Positions 17,680 through 26,464 of a DNA stretch of 32,000 nucleotides are shown here, in pieces (position 1 is the first letter of the stretch; each line of letters starts with the position of its first letter). The notes beneath the pieces were generated by a model. The model ran no database searches. It was not told where the DNA came from and was given only the letters and a program-made list of their open reading frames with translations. Location: contig NZ_AP013028.1 in the NCBI RefSeq assembly GCF_000829315.1, positions 540,001 to 572,000 on the forward strand. The letters are read 5' to 3'. The position numbers were made by a program, and so were the translations under genes. The stretch is from Wolbachia endosymbiont of Cimex lectularius. GTDB taxonomy: Bacteria > Pseudomonadota > Alphaproteobacteria > Rickettsiales > Anaplasmataceae.

Positions 17680-18273
17680 ATGGCAAGAAGGATGACATCA
17701 AACAGCAATTTTATGTTTGGAGCTTCAGACATAAAATCATTACCAGATGAATCGGTTCCAGAGATTGCGTTTGCCGGTAGATCAAATGTAGGAAAATCCA
17801 GTTTAATTAACTTACTGATAAACAGCAAAAAAACTGCCAGAGTTTCTTCTAAACCTGGATGCACTAGACAAATAAATTTTTACTCTATGTATAATGATAA
17901 GTTCAGACTTGTTGATCTGCCAGGGTATGGCTATTCTTGTGCGAGCAAGGAAGAAACAATGCAATATTTAGATCTGATTGAGTATTATTTAGCTCAAAGA
18001 AGAAGCCTAAAAAGAGTATTTGTGTTGGTAGATAGTAAAGTAGGGCTAAAAGAAATAGACAAGGACTTTATTTATTGGTTAACATATAATAATGTTAACT
18101 TTGATGTTGTGCTAACAAAAATAGACAAAGTAGGTCAAAAAAATCTCGATGCCATTCTAGAAAGTACTCAAAAATGGGTTAATAATGAGAATGTGTCAAT
18201 TCATCAAATAAGCACCCGTGCTAAATGTAAAATAGTCAAGGTAAGGGATGAGTTTTTCAAGTTTACAAGATAA
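17680..18273 (+). CDS. engB: Ribosome-biogenesis GTPase EngB/YihA
   Basis: G1 GRSNVGKSSLIN, G3 DLPGYG and G4 TKIDK, with a size of 197 aa typical of EngB. Confidence 0.9.
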   Translation: MARRMTSNSNFMFGASDIKSLPDESVPEIAFAGRSNVGKSSLINLLINSKKTARVSSKPGCTRQINFYSMYNDKFRLVDLPGYGYSCASKEETMQYLDLIEYYLAQRRSLKRVFVLVDSKVGLKEIDKDFIYWLTYNNVNFDVVLTKIDKVGQKNLDAILESTQKWVNNENVSIHQISTRAKCKIVKVRDEFFKFTR

Positions 18274-19189
18274 AGAAATGAAGAGCAGTGAATTTTCAAA
18301 TGGTGGAATACCATTTAAACAAAAAACAGAAATGTTGCTTGAAGTGCTGTCTAATATACCCAACTTTGTCGGCGAAACTTTTGTCATCAAATGCAGCAGT
18401 ATGACAATCTCAAACAGAATGCTGCTCAATGCTTTTGTGCACAATGTTGTCTTATTGAAACAGCTTGGTATAAATCCAGTTATAGTTCATGATGGAGAGT
18501 GTGAAATTAATTCTGTATTAAAAACCTTAGGTATGGATAGTAAGTTTGTAAATGATATCAGACTTACAGACAAAGATACCGTGAAAATCATTGAAATGGC
18601 GCTATGTGGTTCAGTTAATAAAAAAATTGTTCAGCATATAAATGCTGCTGGTGGTTCAGCCATTGGGTTATGTGGAAAAGATGGCAGCCTAATAAAAGCT
18701 GAAAAGATAAGCACTACGCTTAGGGAAAATGGATCAAACAATATCGAAAAAATATTAGATATGGGGTTTATCGGAGTACCGACTGAAATTAATCCTGATA
18801 TACTATTTTTTGTTGAGGAGTCAGATTTTATACCAGTTATTGCGCCTATTGGTTATGGAGGAAATGAAGAAACATATCACGTTGATGCAGATAGTACTGC
18901 AAGTGCGATAGCAATTGCAATTTCTGCATCCAAAATGGTGACCTTTAGTGATGCAGATGAAGAAATAGATAAAATTGGTGGTAGAAAGATATCTGTTAAA
19001 AGTTTAAATGCATCAATTAATTGCGGTAAAATTAAAGGAGAAAGGCTTATTGAAAAACTTATAGCGTGTGCCAAAATGGTGGAGGAATGTGCCGGAACTG
19101 CTCATATAGTTAATGGTAGAATACCTAATATCCTGATTGATCTATTTACTGAAGATAATTTGAGTGTATCAATTGTAAATGATTTGTAG
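18248..19189 (+). CDS. Acetylglutamate-kinase-like amino acid kinase family protein with degenerate catalytic motifs
   Basis: Colinear with ArgB: ..NFVGETFVIKCSS.., INPVIVHDGECEI, RLTDKDT, YHVDADSTASAIA. The canonical KxGG and HGGG glycine motifs read KCSS and HDGE instead. It overlaps engB by 26 nt. Confidence 0.75.
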   Translation: MSFSSLQDKEMKSSEFSNGGIPFKQKTEMLLEVLSNIPNFVGETFVIKCSSMTISNRMLLNAFVHNVVLLKQLGINPVIVHDGECEINSVLKTLGMDSKFVNDIRLTDKDTVKIIEMALCGSVNKKIVQHINAAGGSAIGLCGKDGSLIKAEKISTTLRENGSNNIEKILDMGFIGVPTEINPDILFFVEESDFIPVIAPIGYGGNEETYHVDADSTASAIAIAISASKMVTFSDADEEIDKIGGRKISVKSLNASINCGKIKGERLIEKLIACAKMVEECAGTAHIVNGRIPNILIDLFTEDNLSVSIVNDL

Positions 19190-19245
19190 CTACACTACTT
19201 ATAACTGTAAGAATGTTTAAAGTCTGGAAACAATTTACATAATAG

Positions 19246-19334
19246 ATGATGTCATTCCAGTTCGTGACGCACATCTGTACGAACATTGTGATTTGTGGGT
19301 AATTTGCGTAGCATACCTACTTGGATGACATCAT
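19246..19334. repeat. Nested palindromic element in the argB-like/iscS intergenic region
   Basis: Outer arms are ATGATGTCATTCCA (19246-19259) and TGGATGACATCAT (19322-19334), with one indel between them. Inner arms are GTTCGT (19260-19265) and ACGAAC (19279-19284). Confidence 0.4.
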
Positions 19335-19473
19335 TATAGAATGAACCAGCGCCATAGCCGGTGCTCCTTCCTCGTTATCCCTATGAACAACGTTTGCATA
19401 TAGGATTTTGTACTTGAGCAAGATTATATCTTGAAAAAATTAAGTTTTAGTGCTATGAAGTACTATAGCTTCT

Positions 19474-20736
19474 ATGCTTATACTGACTATGAATGTAGAA
19501 AATAAGAAAGCACACAGTGCTAAGATAAAATTACCGATATTTCTTGATTATCAGTCTACTACTAAAGTAGATCCTCGTGTTTTAGAGGTGATGATACCTT
19601 ATTTTGGTGAGTTTAGTAATGCACACTCTCGTAGCCATTCATTTGGTTGGGCTGCTGAAGAAGCAGTGGAAAGAGCAAGGAAGCACATTGCCGATCTGGT
19701 AAACGCAGATAGCAAAGAAATTATCTTTACCTCAGGTGCAACCGAGTCAAATAACATGGCAATAAAGGGCGTTGCTCACTTTTATAGGAATAAAGGAGAC
19801 CATATAATAACTGTTTGCACGGAGCATAAATGCGTTTTGGATTCTTGTCGATATCTGGAGAATGAAGGCTTTAAAGTTACATATCTGTCTGTTAAGCAAA
19901 ATGGAATTATAGATTTGTCGAAACTCGAAGAAGCAATCACTGATAGAACAATTCTGGTTTCAGTGATGATGGCAAATAATGAAATCGGAGTAGTGCAACC
20001 TGTCAAGGAAATTGGTGCAATATGTAGGAAGCATAATATATTTTTCCACACAGATGCTGCTCAAAGCTTTGGAAAAGTACCGATCGATGTTAATGAAATG
20101 AACATTGATCTCATGAGCCTTTCTAGCCACAAAATTTATGGACCAATGGGAATGGGTGCATTATATGTCCGGAGAAAGAATCCTCGTGTTAGGCTGACAC
20201 CACTGATTAGTGGTGGTGGACAGGAGAGAGGTATGCGCTCCGGAACAGTTCCAACTCCTCTTGCAGTTGGTTTTGGTGAAGCAGCACGTATTGCTAAAGA
20301 AGAAATGGAAACAGAAGCAACCAAGTTGGAAGAACTGAGAGATATTTTGTACAGCAAGATAAAAGAAACATTTCCTGATGTTGTTTTAAATGGTGATTAT
20401 GAAAATAGAATTCCTGGCAACCTAAACTTAAGTTTTCCCTACGTTGAGGGCGAATCTCTCATCATGGCAATCAAGGATTTGGCGGTAAGTTCCGGTTCTG
20501 CGTGCACATCTGCATCTCTTGAACCTTCCTATGTCATAAGATCACTAAACAATGGCCATGACCTTGAGCATTCATCAATTAGATTTGGCCTTGGCCGATT
20601 TACCACTAAAGATGAAGTTTTATATGCAGCAGATCTTATTGCTAAAAATGTTGGGCGACTGAGAGAAATGAGCCCACTTTGGGAAATGGTGCAAGAAGGA
20701 GTAGATTTAAACACCGTGAAATGGGACTCTCATTAG
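19474..20736 (+). CDS. iscS: Cysteine desulfurase IscS
   Basis: The PLP lysine motif SSHKIYGP and active-site loop [16 protein letters not shown], with a C-terminal W...H ending typical of IscS. The ATG at 19489 (MNVENKK) is an alternative start. Confidence 0.95.
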   Translation: MLILTMNVENKKAHSAKIKLPIFLDYQSTTKVDPRVLEVMIPYFGEFSNAHSRSHSFGWAAEEAVERARKHIADLVNADSKEIIFTSGATESNNMAIKGVAHFYRNKGDHIITVCTEHKCVLDSCRYLENEGFKVTYLSVKQNGIIDLSKLEEAITDRTILVSVMMANNEIGVVQPVKEIGAICRKHNIFFHTDAAQSFGKVPIDVNEMNIDLMSLSSHKIYGPMGMGALYVRRKNPRVRLTPLISGGGQERGMRSGTVPTPLAVGFGEAARIAKEEMETEATKLEELRDILYSKIKETFPDVVLNGDYENRIPGNLNLSFPYVEGESLIMAIKDLAVSSGSACTSASLEPSYVIRSLNNGHDLEHSSIRFGLGRFTTKDEVLYAADLIAKNVGRLREMSPLWEMVQEGVDLNTVKWDSH

Positions 20737-21043
20737 ATCTCCTGCATAACCTGCTTTCTGATTTTGCGTCAACAATTTGCTCGTGCTTCTCCCAAGTATT
20801 CTGCGGTGCTCATCTGCGTTTTTCCTCAAAATTTTTTACCATAAATTGGTCATAAAAGAGATCTACTTTTTCGTTGACTTACCTATATTCTATAATCAGC
20901 ATAGAATATATAAGTAAATAATGGTTATCAATATGACTTATGGAATGCACAGTAGGCAAGAGCTTTATTCAAAATGTCTAGAAGCTGATTATTGGACAAA
21001 CGAAAGTGAGGAGTATGTTTTATGTGGCCCTTTATCTTTTTTA

Positions 21044-21904
21044 GAACCTGTTTAAAATCTTGGAAATGTGAGGTAAAGTAAGCATAGATTAATAATGAGG
21101 TGTCTATGCAGAAAAGTTATCCAAGTAATATAAGTCAAGAGCAGTTTGAAAAAATCAGGCCAATTTTGGAGAGTAGCAAGCAGAAAACAAAACCAAGAAA
21201 ACTTGATTTGTATGACGTATTTTGTGGGGTGTTGTACGTCTTAAAAAGTGGTTGTCAGTGGAGGATGTTACCAAAGGGTTTTCCAAGATGGGAAAGCGTA
21301 TATTACTATTTTCGAGTGTGGAGTAAAAAGAATGGAGAAGAGCCAAGCTTGTTGGAATTAGTCTTAAAAAAAATTAGTTGGAGAGGTCCGTATCAGCAAT
21401 GGTCGGAAAGAGAAAACTAGCTTTTGTATAATTGATTCTCAAAGCGTTAAAAACGCAGATACTGCTGAAAAAAAAAGGCTATGATGCAGGTAAAAAGATT
21501 TCAGGGATAAAGCGCCATATTGCAGTTGATACACAAGGTTTGCCACATGCAATTTATGTAACAACGGCAGAAGCAACTGACCGTAGCAGTGCTGTGAAAA
21601 TGGTCGAAAATGCTAAAGCAAACCTCTCTGAAGTTAAAAACATACTGGTTGATGCTGGCTACACAGGAGAAAATTTTGCAACACAAATAAAAGCTATCAT
21701 TGGTGCGACTGTTGAAGTAATAAAGCGAAGTGAGTTACACACTTTCGTCGTATTGCCAAAAAGATGGGTTGTTGAACGCTCTTTTGCCTGGTTAGAAAAG
21801 TGCAGGCGATTGTGGAAAAATTGCGAGCGGAAGCTCAACACTAGCTTACAGATGATAGTCCTCTCCTTCATTTCTCTCCTGTTACGAAGATTTTAAACAG
21901 GTTC
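21044..21904 (+). mobile_element. IS5-family insertion sequence, copy 3 (861 bp, opposite orientation to copies 1 and 2)
   Basis: Same 18-bp terminal inverted repeats. 3-bp direct repeats TTA at 21041-21043 and 21905-21907. It is one base longer than the other copies because the second homopolymer is A9 (21468-21476) rather than A8. Confidence 0.92.
21100..21896 (+). pseudogene. IS5-family transposase of copy 3; orfB is additionally frameshifted by the A9 run
   Basis: orfA is 21100-21420 (probable ATG at 21106 after GAGGTG). The A8 recoding run is at 21366-21373. The IIDSQSVKNADTAEKK segment carrying the first catalytic D ends at ..AEKKRL*. GYDAGKK...VDAGY...VVERSFAWL lies in a third frame (track ORF 21432-21896). 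Confidence 0.7.
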
Positions 21905-21907
21905 TTA

Positions 21908-22135
21908 TAACATTGGCGTTTTTGATGTCTTAAACGACTTATAAGCGCGTTTGAGCTTGTATAGGTAAAAAACCAGAAATTTTAAAAAGACATAAGGTGC
22001 ACATAGTGCAAAAAATTAAACATGAAACGCCAAATATGCTAAGTTTTTTTGTCGTTTAATCTGCACAGACTGAAGATAAATAATAGCTTTAGTCTCATTA
22101 TAAGGGTAATGGCGTAGGTTGTCAAGTAGTTTTTT
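21908..22135 (-). repeat. Non-coding repeat R3 (5' ~215 nt of family R), split by IS copy 3
   Basis: The reverse complement reads AAAAAAACTACTTGACAACCTACGCCATTACCCTTATAATGAGACTAAAGCTATTATTTATCTTCAGTCTGTGCAG...AAAAACGCCAATG, then TTA and the IS. About 20 nt of R-like sequence (TAAAAAAGATAAAGGG) continue on the other side of the IS at about 21024-21043. It starts 9 nt after the gltX stop. Confidence 0.75.
22096..22124 (-). promoter_or_regulatory. Perfect consensus sigma70 promoter at the 5' end of R3 (TTGACA-17 nt-TATAAT)
   Basis: On the minus strand, TTGACA is at 22124-22119, the 17-nt spacer at 22118-22102 and TATAAT at 22101-22096. It points towards IS copy 3, antisense to its transposase gene. 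Confidence 0.45.
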
Positions 22136-22143
22136 TGTTTCAT

Positions 22144-23505
22144 TTAAACTGCTTGCAACCTTCTTATACACTCATCTTTACCAAGGATTACCATTATATC
22201 GATAATTCCAGGTGCATCCATTATCCCAGTTATTGGGGCCCGTAATGAGTGATAAACATCGCTTATTTTCACATTATGCAATTTTGAAAATTCCTTGATC
22301 TGAGAGGACAAAAAGCTCTTATTCCAGTTTTCATCACCGATATTTGAGAGAAATGATGCAAGTAACTTGATTATATCGAGGTTAGATTTGACGATTTGCT
22401 CAGCCTCCTCGCTTAAATCAAGTGGCGGGTCTTTGATATAAAACTGCGCTAAATCGAGCAGTTCGGTCAGGTAGTTTGCTCTTTTTTTTAGTTCCGTTAG
22501 TCCCTGCAGTAGATAGTTCTTTTTCTTCTTATCTGGAGTACTTTCTCCAAGCATTAGAGGCAGAATATCTTCATTGCTCATGTTGTTAATATAATGGTTA
22601 TTCAAATGCTCCAATTTTTTAAAATCAAGCCGTGCAGGCGAACGACCGATGTTTTCTAAATTAAACCACTCCATCGCTTGCTCATTGCTAATAATCTCGT
22701 CATTACCATGACTCCAGCCAAGTCTGAGCAGGTAGTTACGCATCGCCTCTGGCAATATTCCCATCTTCTCGTAATCGCAAACACTTGCAGCGCCGTGCCT
22801 TTTGGACAGCTTATTCTCATCCTCTCCATGGATAAGCGGTACATGCGCAAAACGTGGAATATCAAAATCAAGGGCCTGGTATATTAGTAATTGCTTAAAA
22901 GTATTGGTGAGATGGTCAGAACCACGTATTATATCAGTTATTCCGGCATCATGATCATCAACCACCACTGCAAAAATATATGTTGGAGTGTTGTCAGAGC
23001 GTAAGATCACTATATCATCAAGCTGCTCGCTATTTACTTTAATTTGGCCGTATATTTTATCGTCAACAACGATATCTTGCGAGTCTGGCACTTTAAAGCG
23101 GACAACAGGTTTTACGCTTGGTGTTACATTAGTACACTTATGCTTGTATATCTTTCCTTCTTCTCTTACTTTTGCCTTTTTCTCTGCAACTTCATCCTTA
23201 GGGCAATAACAGTGATATGCCTTACCTTTCTCAACTAAAAGATTTGCAACTTCAATGTGTCGCTCTATTCTTTTTGATTGGTATATTATTTCTCCATCAT
23301 AGCTTACACCAAGCCATTTCAGCCCATCTATTATCGCATCGATTGCCTCCTGTGTTGAACGTTTTCTGTCAGTGTCCTCAATCCTCAGCAAAAATTTTCC
23401 GCGATGATGCTTTGCATAGAGCCAATTAAATAAAGCAGTACGAGCTCCACCAATATGCAAAAACCCCGTTGGCGATGGAGCAAATCTAGTGACTACACCT
23501 GACAT
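22144..23505 (-). CDS. gltX: Glutamyl-tRNA synthetase
   Basis: VVTRFAPSPTGFLHIGGARTALFNW (HIGH), LRIEDTD and KLSKRHGA (KMSKS), over 453 aa. Confidence 0.95.
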   Translation of the reverse strand: MSGVVTRFAPSPTGFLHIGGARTALFNWLYAKHHRGKFLLRIEDTDRKRSTQEAIDAIIDGLKWLGVSYDGEIIYQSKRIERHIEVANLLVEKGKAYHCYCPKDEVAEKKAKVREEGKIYKHKCTNVTPSVKPVVRFKVPDSQDIVVDDKIYGQIKVNSEQLDDIVILRSDNTPTYIFAVVVDDHDAGITDIIRGSDHLTNTFKQLLIYQALDFDIPRFAHVPLIHGEDENKLSKRHGAASVCDYEKMGILPEAMRNYLLRLGWSHGNDEIISNEQAMEWFNLENIGRSPARLDFKKLEHLNNHYINNMSNEDILPLMLGESTPDKKKKNYLLQGLTELKKRANYLTELLDLAQFYIKDPPLDLSEEAEQIVKSNLDIIKLLASFLSNIGDENWNKSFLSSQIKEFSKLHNVKISDVYHSLRAPITGIMDAPGIIDIMVILGKDECIRRLQAV

Positions 23506-23665
23506 ATTCGTTTGTTACAGTAATGTAAACGATGATAGCTAAAATTTATGCTTGCAACAATGTGGAATTACTGTAAATTACTGATCCTATGAAGATAAAA
23601 TTGTGTTTATTTTTCATAATTTATGTTATATGATTTAAAGTTGGTTAAATATAGCGGGGTATGTT

Positions 23666-24397
23666 ATGGACAAGCTTAAATATATAGAAGATCTGCTTTC
23701 AAGTAATAAAGGTGAACTTGATTGGTGTTACAGAGGTCCATCTGATAAGGCAAAACTAATAGCGAATGGAGACAATCTTTTGCATCTAGCTGCAAAGACA
23801 AGAAATGTTGAAGTTTTCTTATCTATTTTCAAGAAAAGTGTTGAACATGATGTACGTTTGTTAGAATACAATAGATATCATGAAAATCCATTTCATGTAG
23901 CAGCGGAAATGAGGATATTACCGGATGTGGTAAAGGGAATATTTAAGTATTTGGAGTCTGAACAAACTAACCCAAATAGTGATTCGAAAAAATTGGAAAA
24001 CTTCAAAAGTTACGTTAGAAGTGCGTTAGGTAACAGATGTGCGTTAAATATCCACAAAATGACTCCTCTTGATATGGTCAGTAAGGAAGTTAAGAAGGAA
24101 GTAAGAGAAATTGCAGGTATAAAAGAAAGTCTTATATGTAATAAGAAATTCCGCCTATGTTTATATATAGTAGGAGCTATAGCATGCGTTGCTGCTTTGT
24201 GTCTTTCTCTATATTTTCTGTATTTGTGTTCTCAAAATCTTGCGTTAGGTTCGATAGCTGGGATAGCTTCTGGTGGATTTGGATATCTGGCAGGCAAGGC
24301 ATGTGGTGAAATATACGACTTGAATAACGTAGACACTCTGATGGAAGGTATTAGTGCTAAGGACGCTGCAAAAATAGCAGCACAAGTCAATGCATAA
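23666..24397 (+). CDS. Ankyrin-repeat-like protein with a C-terminal double transmembrane anchor
   Basis: ANK-like units GDNLLHLAAKTRNVEVFLSIFKK, ENPFHVAAEMRILPDVVKGIFKYL and MTPLDMV. These are followed by the hydrophobic segments FRLCLYIVGAIACVAALCLSLYFLYLC and LALGSIAGIASGGFGYLAG. Confidence 0.6.
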   Translation: MDKLKYIEDLLSSNKGELDWCYRGPSDKAKLIANGDNLLHLAAKTRNVEVFLSIFKKSVEHDVRLLEYNRYHENPFHVAAEMRILPDVVKGIFKYLESEQTNPNSDSKKLENFKSYVRSALGNRCALNIHKMTPLDMVSKEVKKEVREIAGIKESLICNKKFRLCLYIVGAIACVAALCLSLYFLYLCSQNLALGSIAGIASGGFGYLAGKACGEIYDLNNVDTLMEGISAKDAAKIAAQVNA

Positions 24398-24434
24398 AGA
24401 GATAAAATCACTTGCAGGCAATGATATAGAAATG

Positions 24435-24465
24435 TACTTTCTTAAGAGTGATTCTTAAGAAAGTA
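24435..24465. other. Perfect 13-bp inverted repeat 10 nt upstream of the pccA start codon
   Basis: TACTTTCTTAAGA (24435-24447), loop GTGAT, TCTTAAGAAAGTA (24453-24465). There is no following T-run. Confidence 0.5.
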
Positions 24466-24475
24466 TACTTACACA

Positions 24476-26464
24476 ATGACAGAAAAGAGGTATAGTAAGA
24501 TTTTAATAGCAAACAGAGGGGAAATTGCCTGTAGGATCATCAGAACTGCTCGCAGAATGGGCATATCTTGCATGTGCGTGTACTCGGATGCAGATATAAA
24601 TTCTGTGCATGTAAGACAAGCGGATGAGTCAAGGCACATTGGCCCTTCGCCTGCTTATCTCAGTTACTTAAACATTGAAAAAATATGTGAAGTAGCAGCT
24701 GAAACCGGTGCACAGGCAGTTCATCCTGGTTATGGCTTTTTAGCAGAAAATCCAGATTTTCCACGTGCTCTGCAAAAACACAATATAGATTTCATCGGCC
24801 CAAGTGCAGAAACAATAGAAGTTACAGCAAATAAAATAACAGCAAAGGAATCCGCAAGAAAAGCTGGAGTGAATGTAGTGCCAGGATACATGGGCAAGAT
24901 CAACGATGCTGCTCATGCAGCCAGTGTTGCTGAGGAGATTGGTTTTCCCGTTATGCTGAAAGCTGCATCAGGCGGTGGTGGTAAAGGCATGCGAATTGTA
25001 AACTCCAAAAAGGAAATTGAACTAGCATTTACATCAGCAACAAACGAAGCAGAGAAGAGTTTTAAGGATGGCAGTATCTTTATAGAAAAATATATAGAGT
25101 TACTGCGGCACATCGAAATACAAATCATAGCAGATAAATATGGCAATGTAGTGTGTCTTGGAGAGAGGGAATGTTCAGTACAAAGAAATAATCAGAAGAT
25201 AATAGAAGAAACGCCAAGCCCGTTTATCAGTGAGAAGGTAAGACAAGAAATGTATACCCAATGTGTTTCTTTGGCAAAGCAAGTTGGCTATTTTTCAGCA
25301 GGCACTGTTGAGTTTGTTGTAGATCAGAGCCAGAACTTCTATTTTCTTGAGGTAAATACGAGATTGCAAGTTGAGCATCCAGTAACAGAATTTGTAACTG
25401 GAATAGACATAGTAGAAGAAATGATTAGAACTTCCTGTGGAGAAAAATTAAGGTTCAGTCAGAATGATATTAAACTTGCTGGTTCTGCAATAGAAAGCAG
25501 AATTTGTGCTGAAGATCCATCAAAGAAATTTTTCTCTTCCAGCGGAAGAATAAAATATTACGACAAACCAAATGAAAGCGATTATGTCAGAATAGATGAT
25601 GGAGTTGTTGCAGGTTCGGAAATCAGCATGTTTTATGATTCGATGATTGCAAAAGTGGTGACATATGGAAAAGATAGAATAGAAGCAATCAGCAGAATGC
25701 AAAAAGCTTTGTCTGAATGTTATATAGGGGGAGTGACAAACAATATAGAATTTCTAGAGTCCATCTTTCATCATCCAAATTTTGTTGCAGCAAAACTCCA
25801 CACGAGATTCATTCCAGACCATTACCCAAGTGGATTTCACGGCGATTTTATTACAGAAGAGTATATTAAAATATTTATTTTCGCTACGTTATATGTTCAT
25901 TTGGGAAACGAGAAGAGGTATTACAATAAATCAATAGATGAAGCGCTTGTAGTGAAAATAAATGACAATGAGTACCCTGTAAACGTAAAGTATCAAGATA
26001 ATACATTAACAACAATATACAATCATAATGAATGTTCTATAAGTGGTAAGTGGAAATCAAGTTACAGGTTGCTATGTATCACAATTAACGATGGTACCGA
26101 TGTAACACTTAAAGTAGAAAGACAAGGCAGTAAACACTTTATAAAACATGCTGGGATGCAAGCTGAGTGCTGTGTATTTAAACCTCATGTGGCTAAATTA
26201 AGTGAGTTAATGCTAAATAATGAAACAGAGGGGATCTCAGTAGATGCCGTAAAATCTCCAATATCTGGTTTATTAGTTAAATTACACGTAAATGTTGGGG
26301 ATCAGGTAGAGGTAGGGCAACCTTTATTTGTTATAGAAGCGATGAAAATGGAAAATATCATATGCGCTGAATCAGAAATGGTAATAAAAAATATTCCCGT
26401 TCAAGAAGGAAAAAATATACAGGCTGGTGATGTGGTATTAGCTTTGTATACAGCTCTTTCTTAA
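24476..26464 (+). CDS. pccA: Propionyl/acetyl-CoA carboxylase alpha subunit (biotin carboxylase plus BCCP domains)
   Basis: [20 protein letters not shown]-grasp [24 protein letters not shown] and a C-terminal biotinyl motif EAMKMEN, over 662 aa. Confidence 0.93.
   Translation: MTEKRYSKILIANRGEIACRIIRTARRMGISCMCVYSDADINSVHVRQADESRHIGPSPAYLSYLNIEKICEVAAETGAQAVHPGYGFLAENPDFPRALQKHNIDFIGPSAETIEVTANKITAKESARKAGVNVVPGYMGKINDAAHAASVAEEIGFPVMLKAASGGGGKGMRIVNSKKEIELAFTSATNEAEKSFKDGSIFIEKYIELLRHIEIQIIADKYGNVVCLGERECSVQRNNQKIIEETPSPFISEKVRQEMYTQCVSLAKQVGYFSAGTVEFVVDQSQNFYFLEVNTRLQVEHPVTEFVTGIDIVEEMIRTSCGEKLRFSQNDIKLAGSAIESRICAEDPSKKFFSSSGRIKYYDKPNESDYVRIDDGVVAGSEISMFYDSMIAKVVTYGKDRIEAISRMQKALSECYIGGVTNNIEFLESIFHHPNFVAAKLHTRFIPDHYPSGFHGDFITEEYIKIFIFATLYVHLGNEKRYYNKSIDEALVVKINDNEYPVNVKYQDNTLTTIYNHNECSISGKWKSSYRLLCITINDGTDVTLKVERQGSKHFIKHAGMQAECCVFKPHVAKLSELMLNNETEGISVDAVKSPISGLLVKLHVNVGDQVEVGQPLFVIEAMKMENIICAESEMVIKNIPVQEGKNIQAGDVVLALYTALS

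Noticed and set aside
20885-20909. 9-bp perfect inverted repeat ATATTCTAT / ATAGAATAT with a 7-nt loop, in the iscS-IS3 spacer.
   Set aside because: It is composed purely of A/T-rich sequence and is short. The chance expectation in this composition is high, and no associated gene end or T-run is present.
22015-22143. Small ORFs inside R. In R3, METKKLLDNLRHYPYNETKAIIYLQSVQIKRQKNLAYLAFHV starts at TAAATG right after gltX. A hydrophobic frame (..LTT(F/Y)A(V/I)TLI..LKLLFIFSLCR) shows several synonymous differences between R1 and R3.
   Set aside because: Neither frame has a start codon and an open reading frame in all three copies. A-run length differences shift the frames between copies. The hydrophobic peptide overlaps the promoter hexamers, and its residue bias is expected from T-rich DNA. 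The synonymous/non-synonymous tally (about 4 versus 5) is too small to mean anything.
26438-26464. 27-nt convergent overlap of the pccA and ctaA 3' ends, and an 11-nt convergent overlap at 10549-10559.
   Set aside because: Short 3'-3' overlaps are common in compact AT-rich genomes, where stop codons are frequent in other frames. There is no additional signal.
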